In this document: piece after piece, positions 17,266 through 31,268 of the stretch
Layout: each line of letters opens with the position of its first letter
Position numbering within the stretch: the first letter of the stretch is position 1
Source of the DNA: a virus
Lineage: Duplodnaviria > Heunggongvirae > Uroviricota > Caudoviricetes
Virus record (IMG/VR): IMGVR_UViG_2563366978_000001
DNA length: 47,048 nt
Reading direction: 5' to 3' (one strand)
Made by a program: the position numbers and the translations under genes
Notes under the pieces: model-generated
Databases searched by the model: none
Told to the model about the DNA's origin: nothing
Seen by the model: the letters and a program-made list of their open reading frames with translations, nothing else

Positions 17266-18342
17266 ATGTTCAAAACCACTAATATTCATGGCGCGCAACT
17301 CGTTTGCGCAGATTCTCTGCAATTTATCAAAACCATCCCTGATAACTCGGTCAATTTGATTGCAACAGACCCACCATACTTCGGCGTAAAGGCTAACGCA
17401 TGGGATAACCAGTGGGATAGCGATGCTGACTTTTTGGGGTGGATTGATGAATTTTTGGCAGAATTTTGGCGGATATTGGCCCCTAATGGCAGCCTGTATA
17501 TGTTTACCGGCTCTCGCCTTGCGTCAAAAATTGAATTATTAACTCGCGACCGTTTCAATGTTCTGAACCATATCATTTGGGCTAAACCCAGTGGTATGTG
17601 GCGCGGTTGTCATAAAGAAAGTTTAAGGGCTTATTTTCCTGCCACTGAAAGAATATTATTTGCAGAGCATTACGGCGCGTCAGGTTATGCTAAAGGTCAG
17701 TCAGGTTATGCTTCAAAATGTGCAGATTTAAGAAAAAATATTTTTTCTCCACTAATTGATGCTTTTTCGCTGGCTCGCCGTCAGTTAGATATATCAGCCG
17801 CAGACATTAATTCAGCAACAGGAAAGCAGATGTGTTCGCACTGGTTTTCTTATTCGCAGTGGCGGCTTCCATCATTAAGTGATTTTAATAAACTATGCGA
17901 ATTATTTCGCAGGAAGGCAGATTCACTCGGTGTCCCGTGTCCATATCCTTTTAATGTTGATTATTCAGAACATGAAAAGCGTTATAGCGATCTGAAATTG
18001 CGTTATGAGGAAGTAAAGAAGCAGTATGATGATTTGAAGGCTCAGTATGAAAATTTGCGCCGCCCATTTCATGTTACTGCTGATGTACCTTATACCGATG
18101 TATGGGAGTTTCCTCCTGTGCAATATTATCCTGGCAAGCACCCATGTGAAAAACCTGCAGCGATGATGGAACATATTATAAAAAGTAGTTCCCGCCCCGG
18201 AGATATCGTTGCCGATTTCTTTATGGGATCAGGCTCTACTATTAAAGCCGCGCTGAAGTTAGGTCGTCAGGCAATCGGTATTGAGATTGAGGGTGAACGT
18301 TATCTTCAGACAGTTGATGAAGTGAAAAAGTTATTTGAGTAA
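17266..18342 (+). CDS. DNA methyltransferase (DPPY motif; N6-adenine or N4-cytosine class), about 358 aa, no adjacent restriction enzyme
   Basis: Motif IV ATDPPYFG before motif I FFMGSGST; start taken at the internal ATG 17266, the track ORF starts at 17221. Confidence 0.75.
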   Translation: MFKTTNIHGAQLVCADSLQFIKTIPDNSVNLIATDPPYFGVKANAWDNQWDSDADFLGWIDEFLAEFWRILAPNGSLYMFTGSRLASKIELLTRDRFNVLNHIIWAKPSGMWRGCHKESLRAYFPATERILFAEHYGASGYAKGQSGYASKCADLRKNIFSPLIDAFSLARRQLDISAADINSATGKQMCSHWFSYSQWRLPSLSDFNKLCELFRRKADSLGVPCPYPFNVDYSEHEKRYSDLKLRYEEVKKQYDDLKAQYENLRRPFHVTADVPYTDVWEFPPVQYYPGKHPCEKPAAMMEHIIKSSSRPGDIVADFFMGSGSTIKAALKLGRQAIGIEIEGERYLQTVDEVKKLFE

Positions 18343-18437
18343 CTGAAGAATATATTCCCCTGCCGTTTTTGATGGGGTTATTTCTCGCCGTATAGTTTCC
18401 AAGCCGAAACCTCAGCAACTATTGCGAGGTAAGAGAT

Positions 18438-18710
18438 ATGAAGATGGATGAACGATACAGCAGCGCATCTTATGGTAGTGCTGGTCTTACTGCGTTCTTT
18501 GCCAGCCTGTCATTGCAGGATTGGGGCTTCATTATCGGTGTCGCGTTCAGCATTATCCTCGGTGTACTTACATACCGGCTCAATAAACGCGAGCAGATGA
18601 AGCGCACGAAGATATTGCAGGACATATTGGATAAAACTGATGCCAATAATATTTCCGCCACGGCGATGGTTATTGGTGAATTGGGAAAGAGAGCACCGAA
18701 GGAAATATGA
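18438..18710 (+). CDS. S: Holin (pinholin, S21-like) with dual-start MKM motif
   Basis: Small two-TM protein resembling phage 21 S (from memory); precedes a SAR endolysin. Confidence 0.75.
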   Translation: MKMDERYSSASYGSAGLTAFFASLSLQDWGFIIGVAFSIILGVLTYRLNKREQMKRTKILQDILDKTDANNISATAMVIGELGKRAPKEI

Positions 18711-19207
18711 TGCAGTCATCATTACGCAAAGCTGTCGCAACTGCTATTGGTGGCGGGGCTATTGCCATAGCATCTGTGCTCATCTCTGGTCCGAGCGGCA
18801 ACGATGGTCTGGAAGGTGTGAGACATAACCCCTACAAAGACATCGTTGGTGTATGGACTGTATGTTACGGGCATACAGGAAAAGACATTATGCTCGGTAA
18901 AACGTATACCGAAGCAGAATGCAAAGCTCTCCTGAATAAAGACCTTGCTACTGTCGCCAGACAAATTAACCCGTACATCAAAGTCGATATACCGGAAACA
19001 ACGCGTGGTGCTCTTTACTCGTTCGTTTACAACGTGGGTGCAGGCAATTTCAGAACATCGACACTTCTTCGCAAAATCAACCAGGGCGATATCAAAGGTG
19101 CATGTGATCAACTACGTCGCTGGACATATGCTGGCGGCAAGCAATGGAAAGGGCTGATGACTCGCCGTGAGATTGAGCGTGAAGTCTGTTTGTGGGGGCA
19201 GCAATGA
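18707..19207 (+). CDS. R: SAR endolysin (lysozyme, R21-like)
   Basis: N-terminal Gly/Ala-rich signal-anchor ([19 protein letters not shown]) and near-identity to my memory of phage 21 R. Confidence 0.85.
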   Translation: MMQSSLRKAVATAIGGGAIAIASVLISGPSGNDGLEGVRHNPYKDIVGVWTVCYGHTGKDIMLGKTYTEAECKALLNKDLATVARQINPYIKVDIPETTRGALYSFVYNVGAGNFRTSTLLRKINQGDIKGACDQLRRWTYAGGKQWKGLMTRREIEREVCLWGQQ

Positions 19208-19671
19208 GCAGAGTAACCGCAATTATCTCCGCACTGGTTATCTGCATCATCGTCTGCCTGTCGTGGGCTGTTAATCATTACCGTGATAACGCCATCGCCT
19301 ACAAAGAACAGCGTGATAAAAAAGTCAGTGAGCTGAAGCAGGCGACCGCCACCATCGCTGACATGCAGCAGCGTCAGCGTGATGTTGCTGCGCTCGATGC
19401 AAAATACACGAAGGAGTTGGCTGATGCGAAAGCTGAAAATGATGCTCTTCGGCGCAAGCTTGATAATGGTGGTCGGGTGCTCGTCAAAGGAAAATGCTCT
19501 GTGCCATCCTCAGCCGAAACCTCCAGCGCCTCCGGCATGGGCAATGATGCCACCGTCGAACTCTCTCCAGTTGCTGGACGAAACGTTCTCGGTATCCGGG
19601 ACGGAATCATCAGAGACCAGACAGCACTGAGAACGCTTCAGGAATACATCAAGACGCAATGCCCGAATTAA
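19204..19671 (+). CDS. Rz: Rz i-spanin
   Basis: N-terminal TM, coiled-coil, position after the endolysin; contains an embedded Rz1 frame. Confidence 0.75.
   Translation: MSRVTAIISALVICIIVCLSWAVNHYRDNAIAYKEQRDKKVSELKQATATIADMQQRQRDVAALDAKYTKELADAKAENDALRRKLDNGGRVLVKGKCSVPSSAETSSASGMGNDATVELSPVAGRNVLGIRDGIIRDQTALRTLQEYIKTQCPN
19424..19630 (+). CDS. Rz1: Rz1 o-spanin lipoprotein embedded in the +1 frame of Rz
   Basis: RBS AAGGAG then ATG; signal peptide with lipobox VVGC; Pro-rich mature part. Confidence 0.7.
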   Translation: MRKLKMMLFGASLIMVVGCSSKENALCHPQPKPPAPPAWAMMPPSNSLQLLDETFSVSGTESSETRQH

Positions 19672-19712
19672 TCCCTCTGTATCAAAAACGAACTCAATTT
19701 GTTGGATAGTGA

Positions 19713-20024
19713 ATGAAAATTTATATTGCCGGGCCAATGACTGGATATGAGAACTTTAATCGTGACGCCTTTAATAAAGAGGCAGATCGTTTGTCACGAC
19801 ATGGTCACTCTGTCTTGAATCCAGCCACTTTGCCTAATGGTCTGACACAACGTGAATACATGGATATTTGCTTTGCAATGCTTCGTTGTGCTGATGCTAT
19901 TTTGATGCTTCCTGGCTGGAAAGCGTCTGCTGGAGCAACTGCTGAGTATCATTACGCATACAAGATGGAGATGCCGGTATTCACTACGCTGAATTACCCG
20001 CCAGCTTGTTCCTCTGTAGCATAA
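19713..20024 (+). CDS. Nucleoside 2-deoxyribosyltransferase-like (DUF4406-type) protein, 103 aa
   Basis: MKIYIAGPMTG N-terminus typical of this fold. Confidence 0.55.
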   Translation: MKIYIAGPMTGYENFNRDAFNKEADRLSRHGHSVLNPATLPNGLTQREYMDICFAMLRCADAILMLPGWKASAGATAEYHYAYKMEMPVFTTLNYPPACSSVA

Positions 20025-20042
20025 AAATCTCTTTGTTTCTCG

Positions 20043-20062
20043 TGTGCGACCGTGGTCGCACA
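20043..20062. repeat. sopC-like palindrome TGTGCGACCGTGGTCGCACA; putative centromere site
   Basis: 20-bp palindrome. Confidence 0.65.
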
Positions 20063-20262
20063 TTAAATACCGCGCTGCATCGTCGCCGTATTTCCGCATT
20101 AACCATGACCGTAGCCCGACGGGGAACTCCTCTGCGCGAGTGTGCGGAAATAATCAAAAACGATGCACACCGGGTTTTTACCGCGCTAATGATTCGCGGG
20201 TTTGTCCCTCATGCTCGCCAGTCCTGTGCGAGGGTGGAAGAAACAGGGCATGTATTCAGGAG

Positions 20263-20282
20263 CGTGCGACCGTGGTCGCACG
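20263..20282. repeat. sopC-like palindrome CGTGCGACCGTGGTCGCACG; putative centromere site
   Basis: 20-bp palindrome. Confidence 0.65.
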
Positions 20283-20304
20283 GTATCTTTGTCAGGAGGT
20301 TTTG

Positions 20305-20619
20305 ATGAAAGAGTTGCAAAAAATTAATTCAATAATGGAAAGGTTAAGTGCTCTTGAGCGTAAGCTGGACGATTGTGGAAAGCTGTGTGTTGAAAAGCAA
20401 AATGAGCTTTACCGGGAATTTTTTACAATCGTAAGTGAGCTGATGCCAATTGTTAATAACTGCCTGATGACATCCAGATTTTTTAATGTCGATGCTACTA
20501 CATCCAGAAAATTTTCTGTGAAAATTCAAGAAAGGGTTTCTGGTAGTGTGACAAGAGAGATGGCTGAACAGTTGGTGGCAATGAGCAATAAAACAAAAAG
20601 AAAAAAGCATTGCTTGTAA
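20305..20619 (+). CDS. Hypothetical protein, about 104 aa, AT-rich moron just upstream of cos
   Basis: RBS AGGAGG then ATG at 20305; the upstream part of the track ORF covers the centromere palindromes. Confidence 0.45.
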   Translation: MKELQKINSIMERLSALERKLDDCGKLCVEKQNELYREFFTIVSELMPIVNNCLMTSRFFNVDATTSRKFSVKIQERVSGSVTREMAEQLVAMSNKTKRKKHCL

Positions 20620-20720
20620 CAGCAAATCAGCTTTCAGGGCGCGTTGACTTTCAGGTGTTGCGGCATGCAGATGATAATTATTATCATTGCGGGTCCTTTC
20701 CAGTGATCCGACAGGTTACG

Positions 20721-20732
20721 GGGCGGAAGGCG
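20721..20732. other. cos: cosN cohesive-end site, predicted 12-nt overhang GGGCGGAAGGCG, flanked by lambda-like cosQ/cosB
   Basis: Flanking sequence matches my memory of lambda cos; the 12-mer differs from lambda GGGCGGCGACCT at 5 positions. Confidence 0.7.
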
Positions 20733-20909
20733 CGCGGGTTTTCGCTATTTATGAAAATTTTCCGGTTTAAGGCGTTTCCGTTCTTCTTCTCCGTAACTTA
20801 ATGTTTTTATTTAAAACACCCCCTGAAAAGAAAGGAAACGACAGGTGCTGAAAACAGGCCTTTTGGCCTCTGTCGTTTCCTTTCTCTGTTTTTATCCGTG
20901 GAATGAACA

Positions 20910-21429
20910 ATGGAAGTCAACAAAAAGCAGCTGGCTGAAATTTTCGGTGCGAGTATCCGTACCATTCAGAACTGGCAGGAGCAGGGAATGCCCGTTCTGC
21001 GAGGCGGTGGAAAGGGTAATGAGGTGCTTTATGACTCTGCCGCCGTCATAAAATGGTATGCCGAAAGGGATGCTGAAATTGAGAACGAAAAGCTGCGCCG
21101 GGAGGTTGAAGAATTACGGCTGGCCAGCGAGGCAGATCTTCACCCCGGAACACTTGAATTTGAGCGCCATCGCCTGACTCGTGCTCAGGCGACGGCGCAG
21201 GAACTGAAAAATGCCAGAGAATCGGCTGAAGTGGTGGAAACCGCATTCTGTACTTTCGTGCTGTCGCGTATAGCAAGGGAAATATCCAGTATTCTCGACG
21301 GTATTCCTCTGTCGGTGCAGCGACGTTTTCCTGAGCTGGATAACCGGCATATTGATTTCCTGAAACGGGATATCATCAAAGCCATGAACAAAGCAGCCGC
21401 GCTGGATGAACTGATACCGGGGTTGCTGA

Positions 21430-21455
<26 letters not shown>
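20910..21455 (+). CDS. Nu1: Terminase small subunit
   Basis: Near-identical to lambda Nu1 (MEVNKKQLA...IEQSG), 181 aa. Confidence 0.95.
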
Positions 21456-25136
<3,681 letters not shown>

Positions 25137-25156
<20 letters not shown>

Positions 25157-26456
25157 TCTCCCGCATATTGCCAGCATGGCCTTTAATGAGCCGCTGATGC
25201 TTGAACCCGCCTATGCGCGGGTTTTCTTTTGTGCACTTGCAGGCCAGCTTGGGATCAGCCGCCTGACGGATGCGGTGTCCGGCGACAGCCTGACTGCCGG
25301 AGAGGCACCCGCGACGCTGGCGTTATCCGGTGATGATGACGGACCACGACAGGCCCGCAGTTATCAGGTCATGAACGGCATCGCCGTGCTGCCGGTGTCC
25401 GGCACGCTGGTCAGCCGGACGCGGGCGCTGCAGCCGTATTCGGGGATGACCGGTTACAACGGCATTATCGCCCGTCTGCAACAGGCTGCCAGCGATCCGA
25501 TGGTGGACGGCATTCTGCTCGATATGGACACGCCAGGCGGAATGGTGGCGGGAGCATTTGACTGTGCTGACATCATCGCCCGTGTGCGAGACATAAAACC
25601 GGTATGGGCGCTGGCCAACGACATGAACTGCAGTGCAGGTCAGCTGCTTGCCAGTGCCGCCTCCCGGCGTCTGGTCACGCAGACCGCCCGGACAGGCTCC
25701 ATCGGCGTCATGATGGCTCACAGTAATTACGGTGCTGCGCTGGAGAAACAGGGCGTGGAAATCACGCTGATTTACAGCGGCAGCCATAAGGTGGATGGCA
25801 ACCCCTACAGCCATCTTCCGGATGACGTCCGGGAAACACTGCAGTCCCGGATGGATGCAACCCGCCAGATGTTTGCGCAGAAAGTGTCAGCATATACCGG
25901 CCTGTCCGTGCAGGCTGTGCTGGATACAGAGGCTGCAGTGTACAGCGGTCAGGAGGCCATTGATGCCGGACTGGCTGATGAACTTGTTAACAGCACCGAT
26001 GCGATCACCGTCATGCGTGATGCACTGGATGCACGTAAATCCCGTCTCTCAGGAGGGCGAATGACCAAAGAGACTCAATCAACAACTGTTTCAGCCACTG
26101 CTTCGCAGGCTGACGTTACTGACGTGGTGCCAGTGACGGAGGGCGAAAACGCCAGCGCGGCGCAGCCGGACGTGAACGCGCAGATCACCGCAGCGGTTGC
26201 GGCAGAAAACAGCCGCATTATGGGGATCCTCAACTGTGAGGAGGCTCACGGACGCGAAGAACAGGCACGCGTGCTGGCTGAAACCCCCGGAATGACCGTG
26301 GAAACGGCCCGCCGCATTCTGGCCGCAGCACCGCAGAGTGCACAGGCGCGCAGTGACACTGCGCTGGATCGTCTGATGCAGGGTGCACCGGCACCGCTGG
26401 CTGCAGGTAACCCGGCATCAGATGCCGTTAACGATTTGCTGAACACACCAGTGTAA
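25137..26456 (+). CDS. C: Capsid maturation protease C (with in-frame scaffold Nu3), GTG start
   Basis: Lambda gpC N-terminus TAELRNLPHIASMAF begins at GTG 25137; the track ORF extends upstream. Confidence 0.9.
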
Positions 26457-26465
26457 GGGATGTTT

Positions 26466-26798
26466 ATGACGAGCAAAGAAACCTTTACCCATTACCAGCC
26501 GCTGGGCAACAGTGACCCGGCTCATACCGCAACCGCGCCCGGCGGATTGAGTGCGAAAGCGCCTGCAATGACCCCGCTGATGCTGGACACCTCCACCCGT
26601 AAGCTGGTTGCGTGGGATGGCACCACCGACGGTGCTGCCGTTGGCATTCTTGCGGTTGCTGCTGACCAGACCAGCACCACGCTGACGTTCTACAAGTCCG
26701 GCACGTTCCGTTATGAGGATGTGCTCTGGCCGGAGGCTGCCAGCGACGAGACGAAAAAACGAACCGCGTTTGCCGGAACGGCAATCAGCATCGTTTAA
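26466..26798 (+). CDS. D: Capsid decoration protein D
   Basis: 110 aa, matches lambda gpD. Confidence 0.95.
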   Translation: MTSKETFTHYQPLGNSDPAHTATAPGGLSAKAPAMTPLMLDTSTRKLVAWDGTTDGAAVGILAVAADQTSTTLTFYKSGTFRYEDVLWPEAASDETKKRTAFAGTAISIV

Positions 26799-26818
26799 CC
26801 TGACCCTTCATCACTAAA

Positions 26819-26840
26819 GGCCGCCTGTGCGGCTTTTTTT
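26819..26840 (+). terminator. Intrinsic terminator between D and E (GGCCGC-CTGT-GCGGC then T7)
   Basis: Stem-loop plus T-tract. Confidence 0.6.
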
Positions 26841-26853
26841 ACGGGATTTTTTT

Positions 26854-27879
26854 ATGTCGATGTACACAACCGCCCAGCTGCTGGCGGCAAATGAGCAGAA
26901 ATTTAAGTTTGATCCGCTGTTTCTGCGTCTCTTTTTCCGTGAGAGCTATCCCTTCACCACGGAGAAAGTCTATCTCTCACAAATTCCGGGACTGGTAAAC
27001 ATGGCGCTGTACGTTTCGCCGATTGTTTCCGGTGAGGTTATCCGTTCCCGTGGCGGCTCCACCTCTGAATTTACGCCGGGATATGTCAAGCCCAAGCATG
27101 AGGTGAATCCGCAGATGACCCTGCGTCGCCTGCCGGATGAAGATCCACAGAATCTGGCGGACCCGGCTTACCGCCGCCGTCGCATCATCATGCAGAACAT
27201 GCGTGACGAAGAGCTGGCCATTGCTCAGGTCGAAGAGATGCAGGCCGTTTCTGCCGTGCTTAAGGGCAAATACACCATGACCGGTGAAGCCTTCGATCCG
27301 GTTGAAGTGGATATGGGCCGCAGTGCGGCGAATAACATCACGCAGTCCGGCGGCACGCAGTGGAGCCAGCGTGACAAGTCCACGTATGACCCGACCGACG
27401 ATATCGAAGCCTACGCGCTGAACGCCAGCGGTGTGGTGAATATCATCGTGTTTGATCCGAAAGGCTGGGCGCTGTTCCGTTCCTTCAAGGCCGTCAAGGA
27501 TAAGCTGGATACCCGTCGCGGCTCTCATTCCGAGCTGGAGACAGCGGTGAAAGACCTGGGCAAAGCGGTGTCTTATAAGGGAATGTATGGCGATGTGGCC
27601 ATCGTCGTTTATTCCGGACAGTACGTGGAAAACGGCGTCAAAAAGAACTTCCTGCCGGACAACACGATGGTGCTGGGGAACACTCAGGCACGCGGTCTGC
27701 GCACCTATGGCTGCATTCAGGATGCGGACGCACAGCGCGAAGGCATTAACGCCTCTGCCCGTTACCCGAAAAACTGGGTGACCACCGGCGATCCGGCGCG
27801 TGAGTTCACTATGATTCAGTCAGCACCGCTGATGCTGCTGGCTGACCCTGATGAATTCGTGTCTGTACAACTGGCGTAA
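26854..27879 (+). CDS. E: Major capsid protein E
   Basis: 341 aa from MSMYTTAQLL, lambda gpE-like. Confidence 0.95.
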   Translation: MSMYTTAQLLAANEQKFKFDPLFLRLFFRESYPFTTEKVYLSQIPGLVNMALYVSPIVSGEVIRSRGGSTSEFTPGYVKPKHEVNPQMTLRRLPDEDPQNLADPAYRRRRIIMQNMRDEELAIAQVEEMQAVSAVLKGKYTMTGEAFDPVEVDMGRSAANNITQSGGTQWSQRDKSTYDPTDDIEAYALNASGVVNIIVFDPKGWALFRSFKAVKDKLDTRRGSHSELETAVKDLGKAVSYKGMYGDVAIVVYSGQYVENGVKKNFLPDNTMVLGNTQARGLRTYGCIQDADAQREGINASARYPKNWVTTGDPAREFTMIQSAPLMLLADPDEFVSVQLA

Positions 27880-27920
27880 TCATGGCCCTTCGGGGCCATT
27901 TTCTCTCTGTGGAGGAGTCC

Positions 27921-28319
27921 ATGACGAAAGATGAACTGATTGCCCGTCTTCAGGTGCTGGGTGAGCAACTGAACCGTGATGTCAGCCTGACGGGGACGAA
28001 AGAAGAACTGGCACTCCGTGTGGCAGAGCTGGAAGAGGAGCTTGATGACACGGATGACGCTGCCGGTCAGGACACATCTCTCAGCCCGGAAAATGTGCTG
28101 ACCGGGCATGAAAATGAGGTGGTATCAGCGCAGCCGGATACCGTGATTCATGATACGGCTGAACTGGTCACGGTAGTGGCACTGGTGACGCTGCATACCG
28201 ATGCACTTCACGCCACGCGGGATGAACCTGTGGCATTTGTGCTGCCGGGAACGGCGTTCCGTGTCTCTGCCGGTGTGGCAGCCGAAATGACAGAACGTGG
28301 CCTGGCCAGAATGCAATAA
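27921..28319 (+). CDS. FI: DNA packaging protein FI
   Basis: 132 aa from MTKDELIARL, lambda FI-like. Confidence 0.9.
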   Translation: MTKDELIARLQVLGEQLNRDVSLTGTKEELALRVAELEEELDDTDDAAGQDTSLSPENVLTGHENEVVSAQPDTVIHDTAELVTVVALVTLHTDALHATRDEPVAFVLPGTAFRVSAGVAAEMTERGLARMQ

Positions 28320-28330
28320 CGGGAGGCGCT

Positions 28331-28684
28331 GTGGCTGATTTCGATAACCTGTTCGATGCTGCCATTGCCCGCGCCGATGAAACGATACGCGGGTACATGG
28401 GAACGTCAGCCACCATGACATCCGGTGAGCAGTCCGGTGCGGTGATACGTGGTGTTTTTGATGACCCTGAAAATATCAGCTATGCCGGACAGGGCGTGCG
28501 CGTTGAAGGCTCCAGCCCGTCCCTGTTTGTCCGGACTGATGATGTGCGGCAGCTGCGGCGCGGCGACACGCTGACCATCGGTGAGGAAAACTTCTGGATA
28601 GACCGGATTTCGCCGGATGATGGCGGAAGTTGTCATCTCTGGCTTGGGCGTGGTGTGCCGCCTGCCGTTAACCGTCGTCGCTGA
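28331..28684 (+). CDS. FII: Head-tail connector FII
   Basis: 117 aa, lambda FII-like. Confidence 0.95.
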   Translation: MADFDNLFDAAIARADETIRGYMGTSATMTSGEQSGAVIRGVFDDPENISYAGQGVRVEGSSPSLFVRTDDVRQLRRGDTLTIGEENFWIDRISPDDGGSCHLWLGRGVPPAVNRRR

Positions 28685-28695
28685 AAGGGGGATGT

Positions 28696-29274
28696 ATGGC
28701 CATAAAAGGTCTTGAGCAGGCCGTTGAAAACCTCAGCCGTATCAGCAAAACGGCGGTGCCTGGTGCCACCGCAATGGCCATTAACCGCGTTGCTTCATCC
28801 GCGATATCGCAGTCTGCGTCACAGGTTGCCCGTGAGACAAAGGTACGCCGGAAACTGGTAAAGGAAAGGGCCAGGCTGAAAAGGGCCACGGTCAAAAATC
28901 CGCAGGCCAGAATCAAAGTTAACCGGGGGGATTTGCCCGTAATCAAGCTGGGTAACGCGCGGGTTGTCCTGTCCCGACGCAGGCGTCGTAAAAAGGGGCA
29001 GCGTTCATCCCTGAAAGGTGGCGGCAGCGTGCTTGTGGTGGGAAACCGTCGTATTCCCGGCGCGTTTATTCAGCAACTGAAAAATGGCAGGTGGCATGTT
29101 ATGCAGCGTGTGGCCGGGAAAAACCGTTACCCCATTGATGTGGTGAAAATCCCGATGGCGGTGCCGCTGACCACGGCGTTTAAACAGAATATTGAACGGA
29201 TACGGCGTGAGCGTCTTCCGAAAGAGCTGGGCTATGCGCTGCAGCATCAACTGAGAATGGTAATAAAGCGATGA
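28696..29274 (+). CDS. Z: Tail completion protein Z
   Basis: 192 aa, lambda gpZ-like. Confidence 0.9.
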   Translation: MAIKGLEQAVENLSRISKTAVPGATAMAINRVASSAISQSASQVARETKVRRKLVKERARLKRATVKNPQARIKVNRGDLPVIKLGNARVVLSRRRRRKKGQRSSLKGGGSVLVVGNRRIPGAFIQQLKNGRWHVMQRVAGKNRYPIDVVKIPMAVPLTTAFKQNIERIRRERLPKELGYALQHQLRMVIKR

Positions 29275-29666
29275 AACATACTGAACTCCGTGCAGCCGTA
29301 CTGGATGCACTGGAGAAGCATGACACCGGGGCGACGCTTTTTGATGGTCGCCCCGCTGTTTTTGATGAGGAAGATTTTCCGGCAATTGCCGTTTATCTCA
29401 CCGGCGCTGAATACACGGGCGAAGAGCTGGACAGCGATACCTGGCAGGCGGAGCTGCATATTGAAGTTTTCCTGCCTGCTCAGGTGCCGGATTCAGAGCT
29501 GGATTCGTGGATGGAGTCCCGGATTTATCCGGTGATGAGCGATATCCCGGCACTGTCAGATTTGATCACCAGTATGGTGGCCAGTGGCTATGACTACCGG
29601 CGCGACGATGATGCGGGCCTGTGGAGTTCAGCCGATCTGACGTATGTCATTACCTATGAAATGTGA
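29271..29666 (+). CDS. U: Tail terminator U
   Basis: 131 aa, lambda gpU-like. Confidence 0.9.
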   Translation: MKHTELRAAVLDALEKHDTGATLFDGRPAVFDEEDFPAIAVYLTGAEYTGEELDSDTWQAELHIEVFLPAQVPDSELDSWMESRIYPVMSDIPALSDLITSMVASGYDYRRDDDAGLWSSADLTYVITYEM

Positions 29667-29673
29667 GGACGCT

Positions 29674-30414
29674 ATGCCTGTACCAAATCCTGTAATGCCG
29701 GTGAAAGGTGCCGGGACCACCCTGTGGGTTTATAAGGGGAGCGGTGACCCTTATGCGAATCCGCTTTCAGACGTTGACTGGTCGCGTCTGGCAAAAGTTA
29801 AAGACCTGACGCCCGGCGAACTGACCGCTGAGTCCTATGACGACAGCTATCTCGATGATGAGGATGCGGACTGGACTGCGACCGGGCAGGGGCAGAAATC
29901 TGCCGGAGATACCAGCTTCACGCTGGCGTGGATGCCCGGAGAGCAGGGGCAGCAGGCGCTGCTGGCGTGGTTTAATGAAGGTGATACCCGTGCCTATAAA
30001 ATCCGCTTTCCGAACGGCACGGTCGATGTGTTCCGTGGCTGGGTCAGCAGTATCGGTAAGGCGGTGACGGCGAAGGAAGTGATCACCCGCACGGTGAAGG
30101 TCACCAATGTGGGACGCCCGTCGATGGCTGAAGATCGCAGTACGGTGACGGCAGCAACCGGCATGACGGTAACGCCAGCCAGTGCTTCCGTAGTGAAAGG
30201 GCAGAGCACCACGCTGACCGTGGCATTCCAGCCGGAAGGTGTAACCGACAAGAGCTTCCGTGCGGTGTCTGCGGATAAAACAAAAGCCACCGTGTCGGTC
30301 AGTGGTATGACCATCACCGTGAACGGCGTTGCTGCAGGCAAGGTCAACATTCCGGTTGTATCCGGTAATGGTGAGTTTGCTGCGGTTGCAGAAATCACCG
30401 TCACCGCCAGCTAA
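29674..30414 (+). CDS. V: Major tail protein V
   Basis: 246 aa from [12 protein letters not shown], lambda gpV-like. Confidence 0.95.
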   Translation: MPVPNPVMPVKGAGTTLWVYKGSGDPYANPLSDVDWSRLAKVKDLTPGELTAESYDDSYLDDEDADWTATGQGQKSAGDTSFTLAWMPGEQGQQALLAWFNEGDTRAYKIRFPNGTVDVFRGWVSSIGKAVTAKEVITRTVKVTNVGRPSMAEDRSTVTAATGMTVTPASASVVKGQSTTLTVAFQPEGVTDKSFRAVSADKTKATVSVSGMTITVNGVAAGKVNIPVVSGNGEFAAVAEITVTAS

Positions 30415-30429
30415 TCCGGAGAGTCAGCG

Positions 30430-30852
30430 ATGTTCCTGAAAACCGAATCATTTGAATATAACGGCGTGACCGTCACGCTTTCTGAACTGTCAGCCCTGCA
30501 GCGTATTGAGCATCTTGCCTGGTTGAAAGAGCAGGAAAAAAAGGCTGAATCCAGTGGCAACCTGCAGGTGTCTGTAGAGGATCTTATCAGAGGCGGGGCG
30601 TTTCTGGTGGCGATGTCTCTGTGGCATAACCATCCGCAGAAGACAAAGCTGCCGTCCATGAATGAAGCCATTACGCAGATTGAGCAGGAAGTGCTTACCA
30701 CCTGGCCCACGGAGGCAATTGCTCAGGCTGAAAACGTGGTGTTACGTCTGTCCGGAATGTCTGAGTTTGTGGTGAATAATTCCCCTGAACAGGCAGATGA
30801 CGCCGGGCCTGCAGAGCCTGTTTCTGCGGGAAAGTGTTCGACGGTGAGCTGA
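30430..30852 (+). CDS. G: Tail assembly chaperone G
   Basis: 140 aa, lambda gpG-like. Confidence 0.95.
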   Translation: MFLKTESFEYNGVTVTLSELSALQRIEHLAWLKEQEKKAESSGNLQVSVEDLIRGGAFLVAMSLWHNHPQKTKLPSMNEAITQIEQEVLTTWPTEAIAQAENVVLRLSGMSEFVVNNSPEQADDAGPAEPVSAGKCSTVS

Positions 30853-31268
30853 GTTTTGCCCTGAAACTGGCGCGTGAGATGGGGCGACCCGACTGGCGCG
30901 CCATGCTTGCCGGGATGTCATCCACGGAGTATGCCGACTGGCACCGTTTTTACAGTACCCATTATTTTCATGATGTTCTGCTGGATATGCACTTTTCCGG
31001 GCTGACGTACACCGTGCTCAGCCTGTTTTTCAGCGATCCGGAGATGCATCCGCTGGATTTCAGTCTGCTGAATCGGCGCGAGGCTGACGAAGAGCCTGAA
31101 GATGATGTGCTGATGCAGAAAGCGGCAGGGCTTGCCGGAGGCGTTCGTTTTGGCCCGGACGGGAATGAAGTTATCCCCGCTTCCCCGGATGTGGCGGACA
31201 TGACGGAGGATGACGTAATGCTGATGACAGTATCAGAAGGGATCGCAGGAGGAGTCCGGTATGGCTGA
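30430..31268 (+). CDS. T: G-T fusion by -1 programmed ribosomal frameshift at slippery heptamer GGGAAAG (30828-30834)
   Basis: Slippery site read directly; the -1 frame ORF 30834-31268 continues as in lambda G-T. Confidence 0.85.
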
